64,000 nt of DNA from Paragordius varius (lineage: Eukaryota > Animalia > Nematomorpha): positions 1,674,001-1,738,000 of the forward strand of contig OZ176055.1 of NCBI GenBank assembly GCA_964247055.1, given 5' to 3'. The notes beneath the pieces were generated by a model. The model ran no database searches. It had not been told where the DNA came from and worked only from the letters and a program-made list of their open reading frames with translations. Shown here one piece after another: positions 1-12,706 of the stretch. Every line of letters begins with the position of its first letter. Within the stretch, counting starts at the first letter, position 1. Made by a program: the position numbers and the translations under genes.

Positions 1-140
1 GATACTTTTTTTGAGAATAATTAACTTTTAAAATTTGCATGTGGCATTGAAAAGCCAGCCCGTAAACATTTTGGCCACTGTTGATATATTCATTTATATA
101 ATCATACATATATATACTTACATGTTATTTATTTGTTCAG

Positions 141-740
141 AAAAAGTCCACGAGTTTACAGCTCGTGTTAATTGGTTGCATTTGTCTACACTTGAGCATT
201 TGTCAAAAAACTCATCAGATCTACAAAAGACAAATAAGTAGTGGTCAGTTTCAACACCCCGCTGAATCTTTTTTACCACCACCACCATCTTTACCTGTAA
301 ATCATGTTAAAGGGTTTAGGGGACCTAAGCCCAGATTTATCGGTCCAGATTTCGTGGGTAGGCGACGACATCGAATTCGACCTTACGGATCATCCGTTCT
401 TGTGCGCCGACGTGAAAATGAAAACTATTTACATCGAAAAGCTTACAGCGAAACTCGGTATGGAGCAAATAGAGCAAGATTGCTAGCTAGACGAAGGTAT
501 GGCATTAGCCCCTTAAGACGTAGTAGGCTATATCACCCAGCTGCAAAAAGTTTATTTAGACCACGTGCGGAGCTACATAGTAAACGACCATTTCGGCCTG
601 TAGTACCATATTACTCTCCAGAAAAAAATCGCCTAGGTTTTAGAGGTTACCCCACACCACGAAATTCTTATGTCCACCCAGATTTCGAAGACTATTTTGA
701 CGAAGATGATGAGGATTGGGGAGATAGTGAAGATTTTTAA
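141..740 (+). CDS. 3' exon of a putative secreted Arg/Pro/Tyr-rich protein with acidic tail (start codon not found in window)
   Basis: Acceptor ttgttcAG at 139-140, then an open frame 141-740 (KKSTSLQLVLIGCICLHLSIC = signal-peptide-like, KR dibasic site, PPPP, many RR/RRR, DEDDEDWGDSEDF* tail). GC content is clearly above the flanks. No homologue recognised. Confidence 0.7.
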   Translation, partial: KKSTSLQLVLIGCICLHLSICQKTHQIYKRQISSGQFQHPAESFLPPPPSLPVNHVKGFRGPKPRFIGPDFVGRRRHRIRPYGSSVLVRRRENENYLHRKAYSETRYGANRARLLARRRYGISPLRRSRLYHPAAKSLFRPRAELHSKRPFRPVVPYYSPEKNRLGFRGYPTPRNSYVHPDFEDYFDEDDEDWGDSEDF

Positions 741-786
741 TAGAAATATTAATATTACTTTATAAAAAAATTTATACAAATTAATT

Positions 787-789
<3 letters not shown>

Positions 790-820
<31 letters not shown>
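790..820. repeat. (TA)n microsatellite
   Basis: About 15 perfect AT units. Confidence 0.95.
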
Positions 821-822
<2 letters not shown>

Positions 823-1302
823 GCACAATAAATATAATAAATACGAAATCGTATTAGATATCCATAATAATTGTTATCCGCATCTGAATCAATCGAAGAA
901 CAGTAAATTAATAAAAAGTTTACACATTAAAAAAGGCCCATATATACTACTAAATCATAATTTAAAACAATGTTTTGAGCCTTGATTATTTAACCGATTC
1001 ATATTCAATTTCAAAAAAGTGTTCAGATAGTTATCCCATTATTGTGAATTATATATCTAAGCGATTTTTGGTTAAAAATCAAATATATACTGTGAGGGTA
1101 TATAATAAATTTTTTACACAAAAGATTCAAATTTCCTAAATAATTATTAAAATATGAGAAATTCACACAAAAAGCTTGCATTCCTGGTCTAAAATTATTT
1201 CATGTGCCCATATTACAAATTGTTCAATACATCAAAGATTTATATTTAACATATCGGATAATGAGCTCGTTTCACTTTCCCAAATCTAACTAATGTTTTA
1301 TA

Positions 1303-1542
1303 CCAGTTGTAATTCAAATTCACCCTTAAACAATTCAAATTCATTCACCCTTAAACGATTCAAAATACTATAATAAATACATGTTTTTTGAGATTATAAA
1401 TTTCCTATATTTTTTTATCCTTTTTAAAAATAAAATTTCGTTTAAAATTAAAATAATACTAATAAAAATGTGTTATATTAGCCCAAAAATAATTCATTTT
1501 TGGTATTTAAAATGTTTAAGGCTTAATTTGAATTGTAAATGC
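1303..1542. mobile_element. MITE family A, degenerate copy
   Basis: Degenerate CCATTTACA(G/A)TTCAAATTCACCC-type TIRs and internal body shared with copies at 6893, 47893, 55938 and 58014. Confidence 0.75.
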
Positions 1543-1673
1543 TATATTATTTAACAACAAAATAAAATACATTATTAAAAACCATTAATTTTATTATTAA
1601 ATAAATAAATTATTTATAAAAAATAATAATAAAATTTTGAATTCTTAGCGCACTTATGATAGATTGTTTTAAG

Positions 1674-3464
1674 TTAAGGTATAATAGTATTTTCAGTTAT
1701 AATATCAGAAAAGATTTGTTTTAATCGCCCAATCCAATCTTCACCTGTATTATTGAGTTGGGCCCATGTAGGGTAATTAGCTTCGGGGATTTTAATGTTT
1801 GACATAACTTCCCTGATAAGATTTTCATTTTCTATAAAATATATATTTAACTTATTAAACATTAAATAGGTAAAGTGTTTTTTAATCGACAAAAATTTAA
1901 TTTAATTTAGTCAGTTATCCCCTCCCAAAGACCGTTTTCGGACACATTTTGATACCATTATTTAAAAATTAAAATAATATCTAAGTTTCAAAAATTAAAC
2001 TTATAAAAATTATTGATATCGATTTATTAAGGTTGAAGGGAACATTCCTTTAACAATTTGATTTCAACAACAAAAAAATTAGTACCTTAATTAGTAAATC
2101 TAATGCCTATGATGTTAACTTAAGTTTAAAGACGCCGTTTATAATAAAAAAAACGGTGCATTGTAAATTAAATCCACCAAAATTTCTTATACAATATGAA
2201 GTAAAATATGAAAACTTAACTAATATATAACCAGCCACAATAAATAAAAATGCATCGTAGCAATCATTTCATATTCTGGAAATAAAGAAATTTATAAGAT
2301 TTTAAATTCTAAAATCTTCATTTTAAATATTGTTTCATTGTTGCTCTGCAAAATAAATGTTTGTTTTTTAATGTAAACTATCTAATAATCTTCTCAATTT
2401 TTATTATACATCAATATATGGGTTGTAAAACTTAACGGGTGACTGTAGAATTAATATTTCAAGTATAATTTTACCTTAATTGTTATAAGTTCTATGGAGT
2501 CAACATTAAAGCTTACACGCGTCCTTAATAAACATTTATCTCCATACTCCTTAATAAAAGCTAATAAAAAAGTAATAATTAATCAACGAGAAAATGTAAG
2601 ATTTTTGATAAAAAATTTGGGTTTGGTCGTAATATAAAACAATAAAAATGCAACATATGTCAATAAAATTATGATGGATTTGAAAAAGGTTTTCGACGGG
2701 TATGGTAGTAAAAACAAAATATGAAATTTTTAATAAAGGAGCGTTAGAAAAATCATTAGATAAATTATAATAAAATATTTTTTAGCTCTGATAACCTTTC
2801 AATAGATGACAATTTTATAGTTTGTGCGTAAAGTATTATTATTATTATATAAAATATAAATTTTCGGTTACGGGATTATCATTATTAATATTTATCGTTG
2901 ATTTTATGGCACCTAGTTATATACGTATCGTTATTTATTTTGAACAATAAGTTGTCTAAATAACTGATTTACATAAAGCACGCTAAATAAAAATATTTTT
3001 AATTTATACGAACAATTTAAAATAATTTTATATATCCGATTCTACGCTTAAATAAATAATGAACGGTTTTCTAGCAATAATTTTTAATTTAAAAAGCTTT
3101 AATTCGTGAATAAATATTTGTTATAAGGAGTGTAATTAACATAAACGATGGAATACTTATGATTTTAATTAATTAAGATAATGCTAAATAACCTCGAGTT
3201 AATTCGAAATCCCTTGAACTTGTATGTAGGGTGGGAGTCTCATTCAAAACATCATGGGTTGTAGGAGGACACATTCTCGATATGTCAAATTCTTCGTCTA
3301 TATCAGATTCTTGGGTTAAAATATCATATCCTAAAATGGTTTGGTCATCATCCTCATCTTCTTCAAATATATCATTTTGAATGGGTATTAAATCTAAATA
3401 TATAAGAATCCTCAAAAATAAAACCTTCACAATTTATTTCAAGATTTGTATGTTCTGGTGCCAT
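1674..3464 (-). CDS. MEA1: Male-enhanced antigen 1 (MEA1)-like protein, 3 exons, 132 aa
   Basis: Exons 3464-3425, 3393-3193 and 1831-1674 join in phase (399 nt). Product MAPE..EEDEDDD..GYDILTQE..DFELTRENENLIREVMSNIKIPEANYPTWAQLNNTGEDW resembles the remembered MEA1 pattern (MGPE, GYSYQPLNQD, ..VKRTMAGVSLP..VPAWA..W). Confidence 0.8.
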
Positions 3465-3492
3465 CTGTAAGACCAACCATTCACTTGGCCAA

Positions 3493-6400
3493 ATGTTAAG
3501 CATGGATTTTAGGCGAATTGTTTCAGCTAATTTTTCAACTGCTAAAACTTTATATAATGCAAAACCAAATTTTTATGAATACCTCTTGATGAAAAAAGAA
3601 GAGGCAAGCAAAAGTCTACTATTGATTTTGCCTAATAAAAGCGAGCTACTTAATTCTTTTAGCCAATTATCGCAGTTTGGAGCGATAAAAAATGCTTATA
3701 CTTATGATATAAAGCAAGGAAAAGTTATTACATTTTTTTAATATGTTAGACGGGTGTGTTAATAGAATTTGAAAATATTAAGTCTTTAAACCGTGTTTTA
3801 ACCGTCAGTCATCAATTCGACTTAAAAATTATCGTCCCTTACAAATCACGCATATTGTGGTTTGTTGATAAACATAAACAGCGACAAAAAACTATTCCCA
3901 AGGTTTACGACAAAAAAATACATAATGAACTTAACATACACACTAATCAACGGCATTTAGATTTGAACATCCACGATGTTAAAACAAAATTGCTCAAAGA
4001 AACTACAGTAAATTATATTAAATGATATATATTTAGTTTGAAAATCAAATGCACGTATTCCATGATGCTTTTTGTATATCCGAATTGGGATATAGATTAC
4101 GATTTTTTGTGAGTTCGCTAATGGATGATTCACTTGGTTCACTTTTTAATGCATCCCGCTATGCCACTACTCACAACACATCTAATTTAACCTTTAATTT
4201 AAGAGCAGTTTCATCAGATGGCAATATTGATAATACGACTATCCCTCCTTTAGTTGATTCACTTAATCAAGTCGTCAGAAATGGTCAAAATATTTGTATT
4301 CCATTTGGTTCCTCTATTAATTCTTTTGGCAAACATGATTCTGATTTAGATCTCCATTTGAGTTTACTTGACTCCCACTCCTCCACTTCAAACCGGTCAT
4401 TATATATGATTAATTTTGAAACCGTTAATCGGCTTAAAATTGCGTGATAAGTGAAGCCAATTTTTTTGGCATAATTTAATAATGACAGAACCTACCATAT
4501 GTAAAAATCCAATTAATTTTATTACATCTAATCAGGATTTATATCATGAAACTGAAACTTTATAATAGCTTCATAAACTAAATTATAACAATAAGGCTGT
4601 ACCATTTGCGCTTCAACACTCTCCTTGAACATTTCAAGTTGACCCTTGAACTTTTTAATTTTGTTTAAAATTTTTGTTAATCAAATCGTGTATAATTCAT
4701 CTTTTTTATCATTTTTAACCTATTCCCTTTAATTAATCTAAACTTTTAAATAAATACGAACTTTTTATGAAGAAACGGTTTATCTATAAAAATAATATAA
4801 AAAAATATTATAATATTTATAAGATATTAACTAATTGAAAAATATATGTGTTTTCTGGGTAATTATAGTTTATCGTTAAAAACATTGATTAGTTTAAATA
4901 TTGTTGAATTAAAAAATATTTTAGGCACAAGTGGTTTCTAAGCTAAAAATATAATTTTGAATCATTAAATATATAATAAATAAAGATAATTTAGTTAAAA
5001 ATTAATATAAAATAATGCAAATATGGTTAAATTTAAACTAAAAAAGCTTCAGGACTAACCAAAAAATGTTCAAGATCCATCTTTAATTTGAATATATAAT
5101 TTTAATATAAAATTTTATTAATTAATTTAATAATACGGGACATAAAATTTGAAGTTTTACCATATTAATTAATATAATGACTAACTGCTTTTACACATTC
5201 GAGGTAACTACTCTTAAGTTTTGTTAATTTATTCATAACAAATATATTTTATTTAACAAAGATCAGAACTTTTCCTATTTTTGCACATTGTGAAATATTG
5301 ATGGATTTTAGTTTTAATAAAACCCTGTCTTTTTTGCATTAAAATAGAAATTGTCATAAAATCCTTACATATCTTAATTTTGATAATCTTTATTGTGATT
5401 CTTATACCAACATACAACCTAAACCAAATATTAGTACAATATAAGAATTAGAATTATCATAAAATAATTTAAAATATACCCGTAAATTATATATTAAAAC
5501 TTTTTACATCTACAATATAACATTTATTTATAAAAAAATATGGAAACATGTATTTATTATAATGCTAATTTTGCAGATATGCAATTTATACATTTATATT
5601 TTACCCCCCTTTTTCTCGTATATTTGAGATTCTTTCAATTCAAAACATTTTTTTTTACTTTTTATTAATCATAGGTATATTAACAATGTATTTAGCTTTA
5701 TATAAATATTATTTTTTTGTAAAATTTTATGATAATTTGTGACATTTATAGATCTGTTCCAAATTCTGCCATGACAGCATCTTTCTTCTTTGACAGTAAA
5801 CGCGCCCTAGGCTCCGAACGAATTCAAACGAAACGAATTTTAGGCTTGATTGGTGATTATATTCAACACATTATGCCGGCTTGTTGTGAGGTTCAACGCA
5901 TTCTTAGGGCCAGAGTCCCTATTATACGCTTTAATCATGATAAGATTGGACTTTCTTGTGATCTTACTACGGGTGATAGGTAATTGATTTTTATTTTGCG
6001 CTTTTTTTACTAATTTGTTATCAATTTGGTATTTAAAACAGTTTTAATTAGTGTTAATCGTTTAAAAGTAAAGATTACCAAAAAATTAGTAATGTATATT
6101 AATTATACCATAATATTTTAAAACTTAGGTGTTAGCTTACTATTAAAATCTGAATGGGTCTTATATGGTGGAGTTAGCATTTGTCAATAGGAGATTTAAC
6201 AGTTTTTATCCACAAAATCTTTTAAGTTTTAAAAAGAGAAAATGCATTTTTGAATAATAAAAAAAACTAAGAATGGGTTTCTATCAACATTTTTTTAAAA
6301 AAAAACAATTCTAACTGATTTACTTATTTTCAGCCAAAAAAACATTTTTTTTACACAAAGAAAATTGAAATTTTACGTTTATTCAAAAATGTTGCGATTG

Positions 6401-8082
6401 CTTGAAAAAGTGTTGCTTTTGACTGAAATAATGCAAAAATTGTTTTTTTTTTATAATTAAATCAAAATCGTTCCAACTTTTAATCTCGCGCGCTTAGTAT
6501 ATGCGCATACACAATTAATATGATGTCAATTTATTATACGCATGCACACAGTAGCGGAATATATATGGCTGAAATGCTTTATACGCTGGGACAATCCGAT
6601 GCTAGGATAGGTGTTTTATTTGCCAGTCTTCGGTTTTGGGCTAAAACGTATCAAGTCACTAGCATATTCCCTGGCAAATGGATTACAAATTTCATGTTAC
6701 TCCTCATGACAGTCCATTATATTCAACAACTTTCGATTGGTATGAGAATGATTTTTTTTTTCATTTAAAAAAAGCCAGATTTATAAATAAAGGGCTGTTT
6801 TATATTTTATTTATTATGTATGGTGCTTCGTGACAAAATTTGGGTGTTATCACTAATTAACACCCCGAGATATTTATTATTTCTATTATATACCATTTAC
6901 AATTTATATTTACCCTTAAACAATTCGAAACCCTTGAACCATTTAAATTCACCCTCAAATGAATTAAATCGTTTTTAAGACTAAAAAATACCTATATTTT
7001 TATATATATTTAAAAATAAAATTTTGTTTTAAATTAAAAGAATACTGAATAAATAATAAACTATGCCATAAAGATATATTTTATATTAATAATGAGTTAT
7101 ATTGGTACGAAAACACATAATTTTTTTTTAGGATGAATTTGAACTGTAAAAGTATATTATTTTTCGGTTTTTTTTGAATATTTTAGTAACATTTATTGTT
7201 AATATTCATTTTTATGGTAAGTTAAATTACATTTTTTTTCTGTTACCCAAAATATATGTATTTCTAGGTATGTATAACGCTTCCACCCAATCCATAGACC
7301 ATAACTCAAGGTTAAAGCCAACATCTCAGCCTCACACTTGGTCTGAATACGATTTACTCCTACACTTTTTTCATTATTACGGGTATTGCTTTGATTTTGC
7401 CCGAATGGGCTTAGCCATATTTACACATCCATCTCAATACCTTACAAACGGTGGCGATAATAACATCCATAATAAATTTCTTTACCGCAATCAAGTTAGG
7501 GAGGATAAATTACGGTTTACGAAACCGGATTATGCCCCATTTCACATGCAAAATCCGATAGATCCGTCCCTCAATGTAGCTAAAAATGTAACGTCCGAAC
7601 AGGTTACACATTTCATTGCAGTGTGCCGGTATGCTTACGCTAAATTCGCTTCCCCTCAAACGGCTGAAAATGGTAATGTTGGAATTCAAAAGTTTGATCC
7701 AAACTTATTTGTCGATATTTTATTCACGTGTCCACCAAACGATGAAATTAAGCGTTGTATAACAACGGAATTAGCTACGCTTTTTGGTGACGATAGCAAA
7801 ATATCAACTGATCAATCAATTTCATCATCGCAAAACACTGATAATCTTAATTACAGAATGGAAAATCCAATAGATCTAAATAGTTCTAGTCTGCCCATGT
7901 TTGAAAATGACTTATTTGATCCGTTTGTTGAGGTAGTCGACCAAAATATACAACCACTAAACAGCAATGAACATGGGCTAGAACAAAAAAATTATTATCA
8001 AAAAAATTGTGATAATGATTATAAAAAAGTAGATAGGGAGCAAACTAGTCGAATACTTATTACAAATTTCATGAAAAATTGA
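3493..8082 (+). CDS. MTPAP: Mitochondrial poly(A) polymerase, 6 exons, about 692 aa
   Basis: Exons 3493-3723, 3750-4007, 4037-4395, 5752-5979, 6552-6739, 7268-8082 (2079 nt, phases consistent). N-terminal RL-like region (SQFG..VLIEF..IVPYKSR), NTase motif PFGSSINSFGKHDSDLDL, ILRARVPIIRF..CDLT, FPGKWITNF, and PAP-associated region (LLHFFHYYG..FDF, QNPIDPSLNVAKNV). The 4396 donor (GTCATT) is the least certain boundary. Confidence 0.92.
6893..7152. mobile_element. MITE family A (MTPAP intron 5)
   Basis: tata-CCATTTACAATT...AACTGTAAAAG-tata, with subterminal ttcaccctt repeats. Confidence 0.85.
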
Positions 8083-8732
8083 AAAATAATAAATTTATAC
8101 GATATAATTAATACATATAATTTAAAATGATGTTTTAGCGTTACATGGAGGCGATTTATCTACAATAGAGTTGCTTTTACCAGGTCACATTAATTAAATG
8201 CATAGGTTTAAAAATTCATATAAATAAAGGTTAATTTTTAGCCGTATATATAAAATATTGCAGTAAAAATTATTTCAAATTGTCAATTCCCAACAATCAA
8301 AATATGTTACCCAATAATATTTAGTTGTTTCCAACAATTATATAATCAAAAATATACAAACTTATATTGTATTAGGATCAGGCAAGAGTGTGTCTTTATA
8401 AGAACGTTTCACTCAATCGTATTATGCAGTAAAATTAAATAAAACGTAAAAATATAAAGACAATTTTTTTCAAAAAACAACTATCTTTAAACCATTTATA
8501 CTATATAATAAATTTAATTACACTCGTGGTCTAATAATAGATTGTGTTACCAATATTCACCTCTATTTCATACTTTACAGTTTTAAACAATGCACTTATA
8601 TTTAAAAACAATCAAGATATAAAAAGTATGGTTGTCATTTAGAAAAAAATATTTGTTTTTATATTTTTACATTTTGTCCGTAAAATTTTAGTTTTTTTTG
8701 TATTTACCATACACAGCTTATGGGCTAAGTCG

Positions 8733-9142
8733 ACTACTAACCCAATACAAATAGCTTTGCGGGCCGGATTGTTAGCTCTAAGATTTTATATTAAACAAGG
8801 ATTTTGACTGTAAAAAGTTAGCTTAATGTAAAATCTATTCATTCAAAGTTAGAGGGCAACTCATATTAGGGTACATCAGATTATTTAATTCTCTAAACTA
8901 TCTGAAAACATTATAAAACTTTTACCGAACATTAAAATAAAGTAATTTCATTGCTGTAATTATACTATTACAAAATATTACTTTAAAGGTGAAAATTATT
9001 AACCTTAATATATAAATTTTAACTATGATTGGATAAATAGAATAAATTTGCAATTGATAGAATTTTAATTTTATTGAGCATTTGTCAAAGTATTCTCGGG
9101 GCACAAAAAAGTCGTGAAGGGCAGCGAGTGTTGTACACTCCT
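8733..9142. mobile_element. Degenerate non-autonomous hAT-like element (family E)
   Basis: Left part caatacaaatagctttgcgggcc and right part cagcgagtgttgtacactc match the two ends of the element at 28438-28688. GCGGGCC subterminal motifs are typical of Charlie/Buster hATs. Confidence 0.45.
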
Positions 9143-9944
9143 CTTATGCTAATAATTGCTAAATTTTTTTAATAAGGCATTCCAAGTTTTCTGACAAAGT
9201 CAAGATTTAATAGCACAGCATAAATTATAGAATGTTGACTCTTTTGTACGGTGCGCACGGCCCATCTTAGTCTATTTTAGATAATATCTACGATTGACTT
9301 TAAGATTTTATAAATGCTGCCAAAAATCGATTTAATAGTTTGTGATTGCAATTAAGGGTGAATGACTTTTTACGTTACACTTTTGACGACATGTAATTGT
9401 CAATATATTGTCGATTGCATTATGATTAGTTCGTTCCAAAATTTGCATTACATGCAATTGCAGAACTTTTAACCACGTGAAACTTAAATGAAATAGATGT
9501 TTAATTTTGCTTGTTTTTTATATAATATATGAGGCTATATCTGACTCAAATATTTAAAATTTTTATATAAAAATGTAATTTACCACATTACAAATTAGGA
9601 TATATGAATATGGGATACATGAAAATTTTACAGTAAAAAGTGAAATTATACAGACAAAAAGTAAAAACCTAGCCGCCTAATGCTTTTGTAGAGAAAACCA
9701 TAATCATTTTACAGTCATGCATCCTTTATTTTATCAAATATTTTTTTTTCGTTAAAGGGGTATATTTTTTTAAAATGGAAAAAAACGAAAGCTCTATGGT
9801 ATTAACAAAATCATATTCATAAAAGATAATAATTACCATAGAGCTCTTGTGTTTTCCATTCTTTACCAAATATTTGGGCCCATTTAACGAAAAAAATAAA
9901 TTTTTGATAAAGGATACATGACTGTACATACAATTTTATATGTA

Positions 9945-10127
9945 AGTATGCATTTCAATGGTTGCTTATTTCACACACTATAGTAGGGCAATTTGCAACA
10001 CAGAAGTATATGGAAAAAAACAAAATGTTGAATATACATTAATTTTCTTTCTTTTTTTTCCATAAACTCTTGTATTGCAAATTGCCCTAATATAGTTTGA
10101 AATAAGCAACCATTAAAATGCATACTG
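9945..10127. mobile_element. MITE family B (Tc1/mariner-like hairpin)
   Basis: Near-perfect ~80-bp TIRs (CAGTATGCATTTTAATGGTTGCTTATTTC..), right end ACTG-TA. Forms the outer end of the left arm of the large inverted duplication. Confidence 0.9.
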
Positions 10128-10384
10128 TAATTGATTGTGCATCAACAACATCTCTATACCATTTATTAATTTCAACCCAAAACGATGAGTTATATAAAAT
10201 AAATATTTTATGATTGTCTTTTTAAAAAATATATTTCGTTTACATTTTGCGCTCTCTCGGTATAATTTTAATTTAGTTTATTTTACCTTTAATCATTCCA
10301 TAATCAAAAACTTTAATAAATCACAGCAGTGTTTTAAAAGATGCAAGTGTATATTCACGTAAAATGATACTTTTTTACCAATTA

Positions 10385-11518
10385 CACTGCTCAACAAGGT
10401 TTTGCACCACCCCATTATTTTTGCATTTTCTGATACCTAATGGCATGGAAAGGCCAAAACAAAAAAGAAAATTGAGGCCACCAATAAGATTTTTCCGAAA
10501 TTTAATTTTTAAATTTGTATTTAATTTAAAAATAACAATCATTCCTCGTGTACATATGTTTAAATATTCAAACGAACAAGCCAATACAAGTAATATTCCA
10601 TGCATAAATAACAAAATTCTAGGCATTAAATAAGATACTAAACAAGCTAAGAGCCAAAGTATTAAAAATCTAAAAGGGGCTTATGTACAGTGTGATAGAT
10701 CCGGGCGGCTGCACAAGCTCTGCATATCCCCCAAGCGATTCAATTATGCCAGATATGGCAAAGATAACAATAAGTAATCGTAAAGTTCGATAAGAGAGAC
10801 TTCAAGCAAAATCGTGGCAAATTGACATGTCAATTAACCAATTTACAGAATAAAGTTAGATAAATTCTACAATTAAATTGAATATAAATTAGGTAAATAC
10901 AAATGGTCCAACCCCATAACAGTAAATTCTACTAAAAGTGGCTACACAACATCCATCTGAAATTCAAAATACAAAACAACCAATAATTTTTAAAAAATAA
11001 GGTATATCCACTAGGTATAAAAAAAGTTTTTATAAGAACCAACTCAAGAGAAAAAGTCTAATAAGTACTCGAAAGAACGAAATCTAACACAAAAATAATA
11101 GCCTATCTGAAAGCCGAAGGTTTAAACCATAGAATGCCTTTTTTAGTATCTTTTTAAAAAAATTTTATATGTGTTAAAAATTCACTTGAAAAAAAAGACT
11201 AAATTTTGACGTTTAAGTCCGTACTATTTTTTTCTCTCTGATATTTAAATGACATATTTATATTCAAAAGATAGAGTTTAAAACGCTTTATTAAATGATA
11301 TTAAGTTTATAATATAATAACATTTTATTATAAAATTATATTTAATTTTCTCTCGATTTTCTCTTGTTTTTGAAAAATTGAAAAACCTATAAAATTTCAA
11401 AATTCTGATTGGCGGGATCAAAAATTTTTTCAAATTCGGTTTTAAAACACTGAAATTAGTCATAATTTAAAAAGTTTGAGTGGTGGTGCTTAAAAGTGTC
11501 CAAATTTGTCGACTAGTG
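10385..11518. mobile_element. ~1.13-kb insertion with degenerate Tc1-like termini (element E1)
   Basis: Starts TA-CACTGCTCAACAAGGTTTTGCACCACC; the other end reverse-complements to CACTAGTCGACAA..TTTTAAGCACCACC. The paralogous region lacks this segment exactly at caatta (16051-16056). No transposase seen. Confidence 0.55.
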
Positions 11519-12706
11519 TTAGTTACGTATAAAATTTCAAATTCCTACTTAAAATTTGACTTTTAAATTAGTTAGGATACAAATTAATAATTTATAAGTT
11601 GACATTAAATTTAATTTAATTTAAAAAGTTTTAATTTTATAAAAGAAGTTAAAAGTTTATGAGTAATACGATATTAAAAGAAATTAAACAAAAATGCCTT
11701 TCATTCTTAATGTAAAGCAGGAATGATTGAAACTTATAAATATTTGTTTCCACTGAAAGTGTTGAAGAACTAATTGCGTAGGGGCGCAATAATGATAAGG
11801 AGGGTGCTTGACAAAAGAATTATCGACCTAATTAACTAATACAGGTTTGACTTATTTTGCAGAGGAACGAGAATTATCTGTGACTACTCACTTCAATTTT
11901 TCAAAACGGTTCATATAATTAAATACTAGAGAACAAATTAGTTTGTGGCTATTTTGTTATTTTGTTGCATTTTGACTATTCTAATTTTTTTCATATTCCA
12001 TTTTTGAGTCAAAAGCAACACATTTTCAACCAAATACAGTAATTTTTATAGCAAACGCAGCATTTTTTGAGTTGTCTCTGCTTGAAAAATGTTACGTTTG
12101 CTTGTAATTTTGATGCGTGTTTATGAAAAAAGGTTGGATTTTATTAAAAAATGGCATCCTATATCATAATAGACATTGTTTAATTTTGGATTTACCATTC
12201 ATTATCAAAATAAAGCATTTGCACACTTATAACTCCACATCTCGGATTAAAAATCAAAAAAATTCAGCACAAAAATAGATAAGTTTTCATTTTTTTAGAA
12301 AACGTAAATAACACTAGTCGACAAATTTGGACATTTTTAAGCACCACCACTCAAACTTTTTAAATTATGACTAATTTTAGTGTTTTAAAACCGAATATGA
12401 AAAATTTTTTGATCCCGCCAATCAGAATTTTGAAATATTATAGGTTTTTAAATTTTATAAAAACAAGAGAAAATCGAGAGAAAGTTAAATATAACTTTAT
12501 AATAAAATGTTATATTATAAACTTAATATCATTTTATAAAGCGTTTTAAACTCTATCTTTTGAATATAAATATGTCATTTAAATATCAGAGAGAAAAAAA
12601 TACTACGGACTTAAACGTCAAAATTTAGTCTTTTTTTCAAGTGAATTTTTAACACATATAAAAAAATTTTAAAAAAATACTAAAAAAGGCATTCTATGGT
12701 TTAAAC

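Larger units (their letters stand above)
9945..11527 (+). repeat. Left arm (~1.58 kb) of a large inverted duplication
   Basis: Reverse complement of 12302-12706 plus 14653-15827. Mirrored ORF pairs 10364/15140, 10375/15147 and 11278/12367 in the ORF track are nearly identical. Confidence 0.95.

Noticed and set aside
3173-3192. MEA1 ending at the 3173 stop as an 86-aa microprotein
   Set aside because: A phase-matched donor at 3192 joins to 1831-1674, which supplies the conserved MEA1 C-terminal motif.
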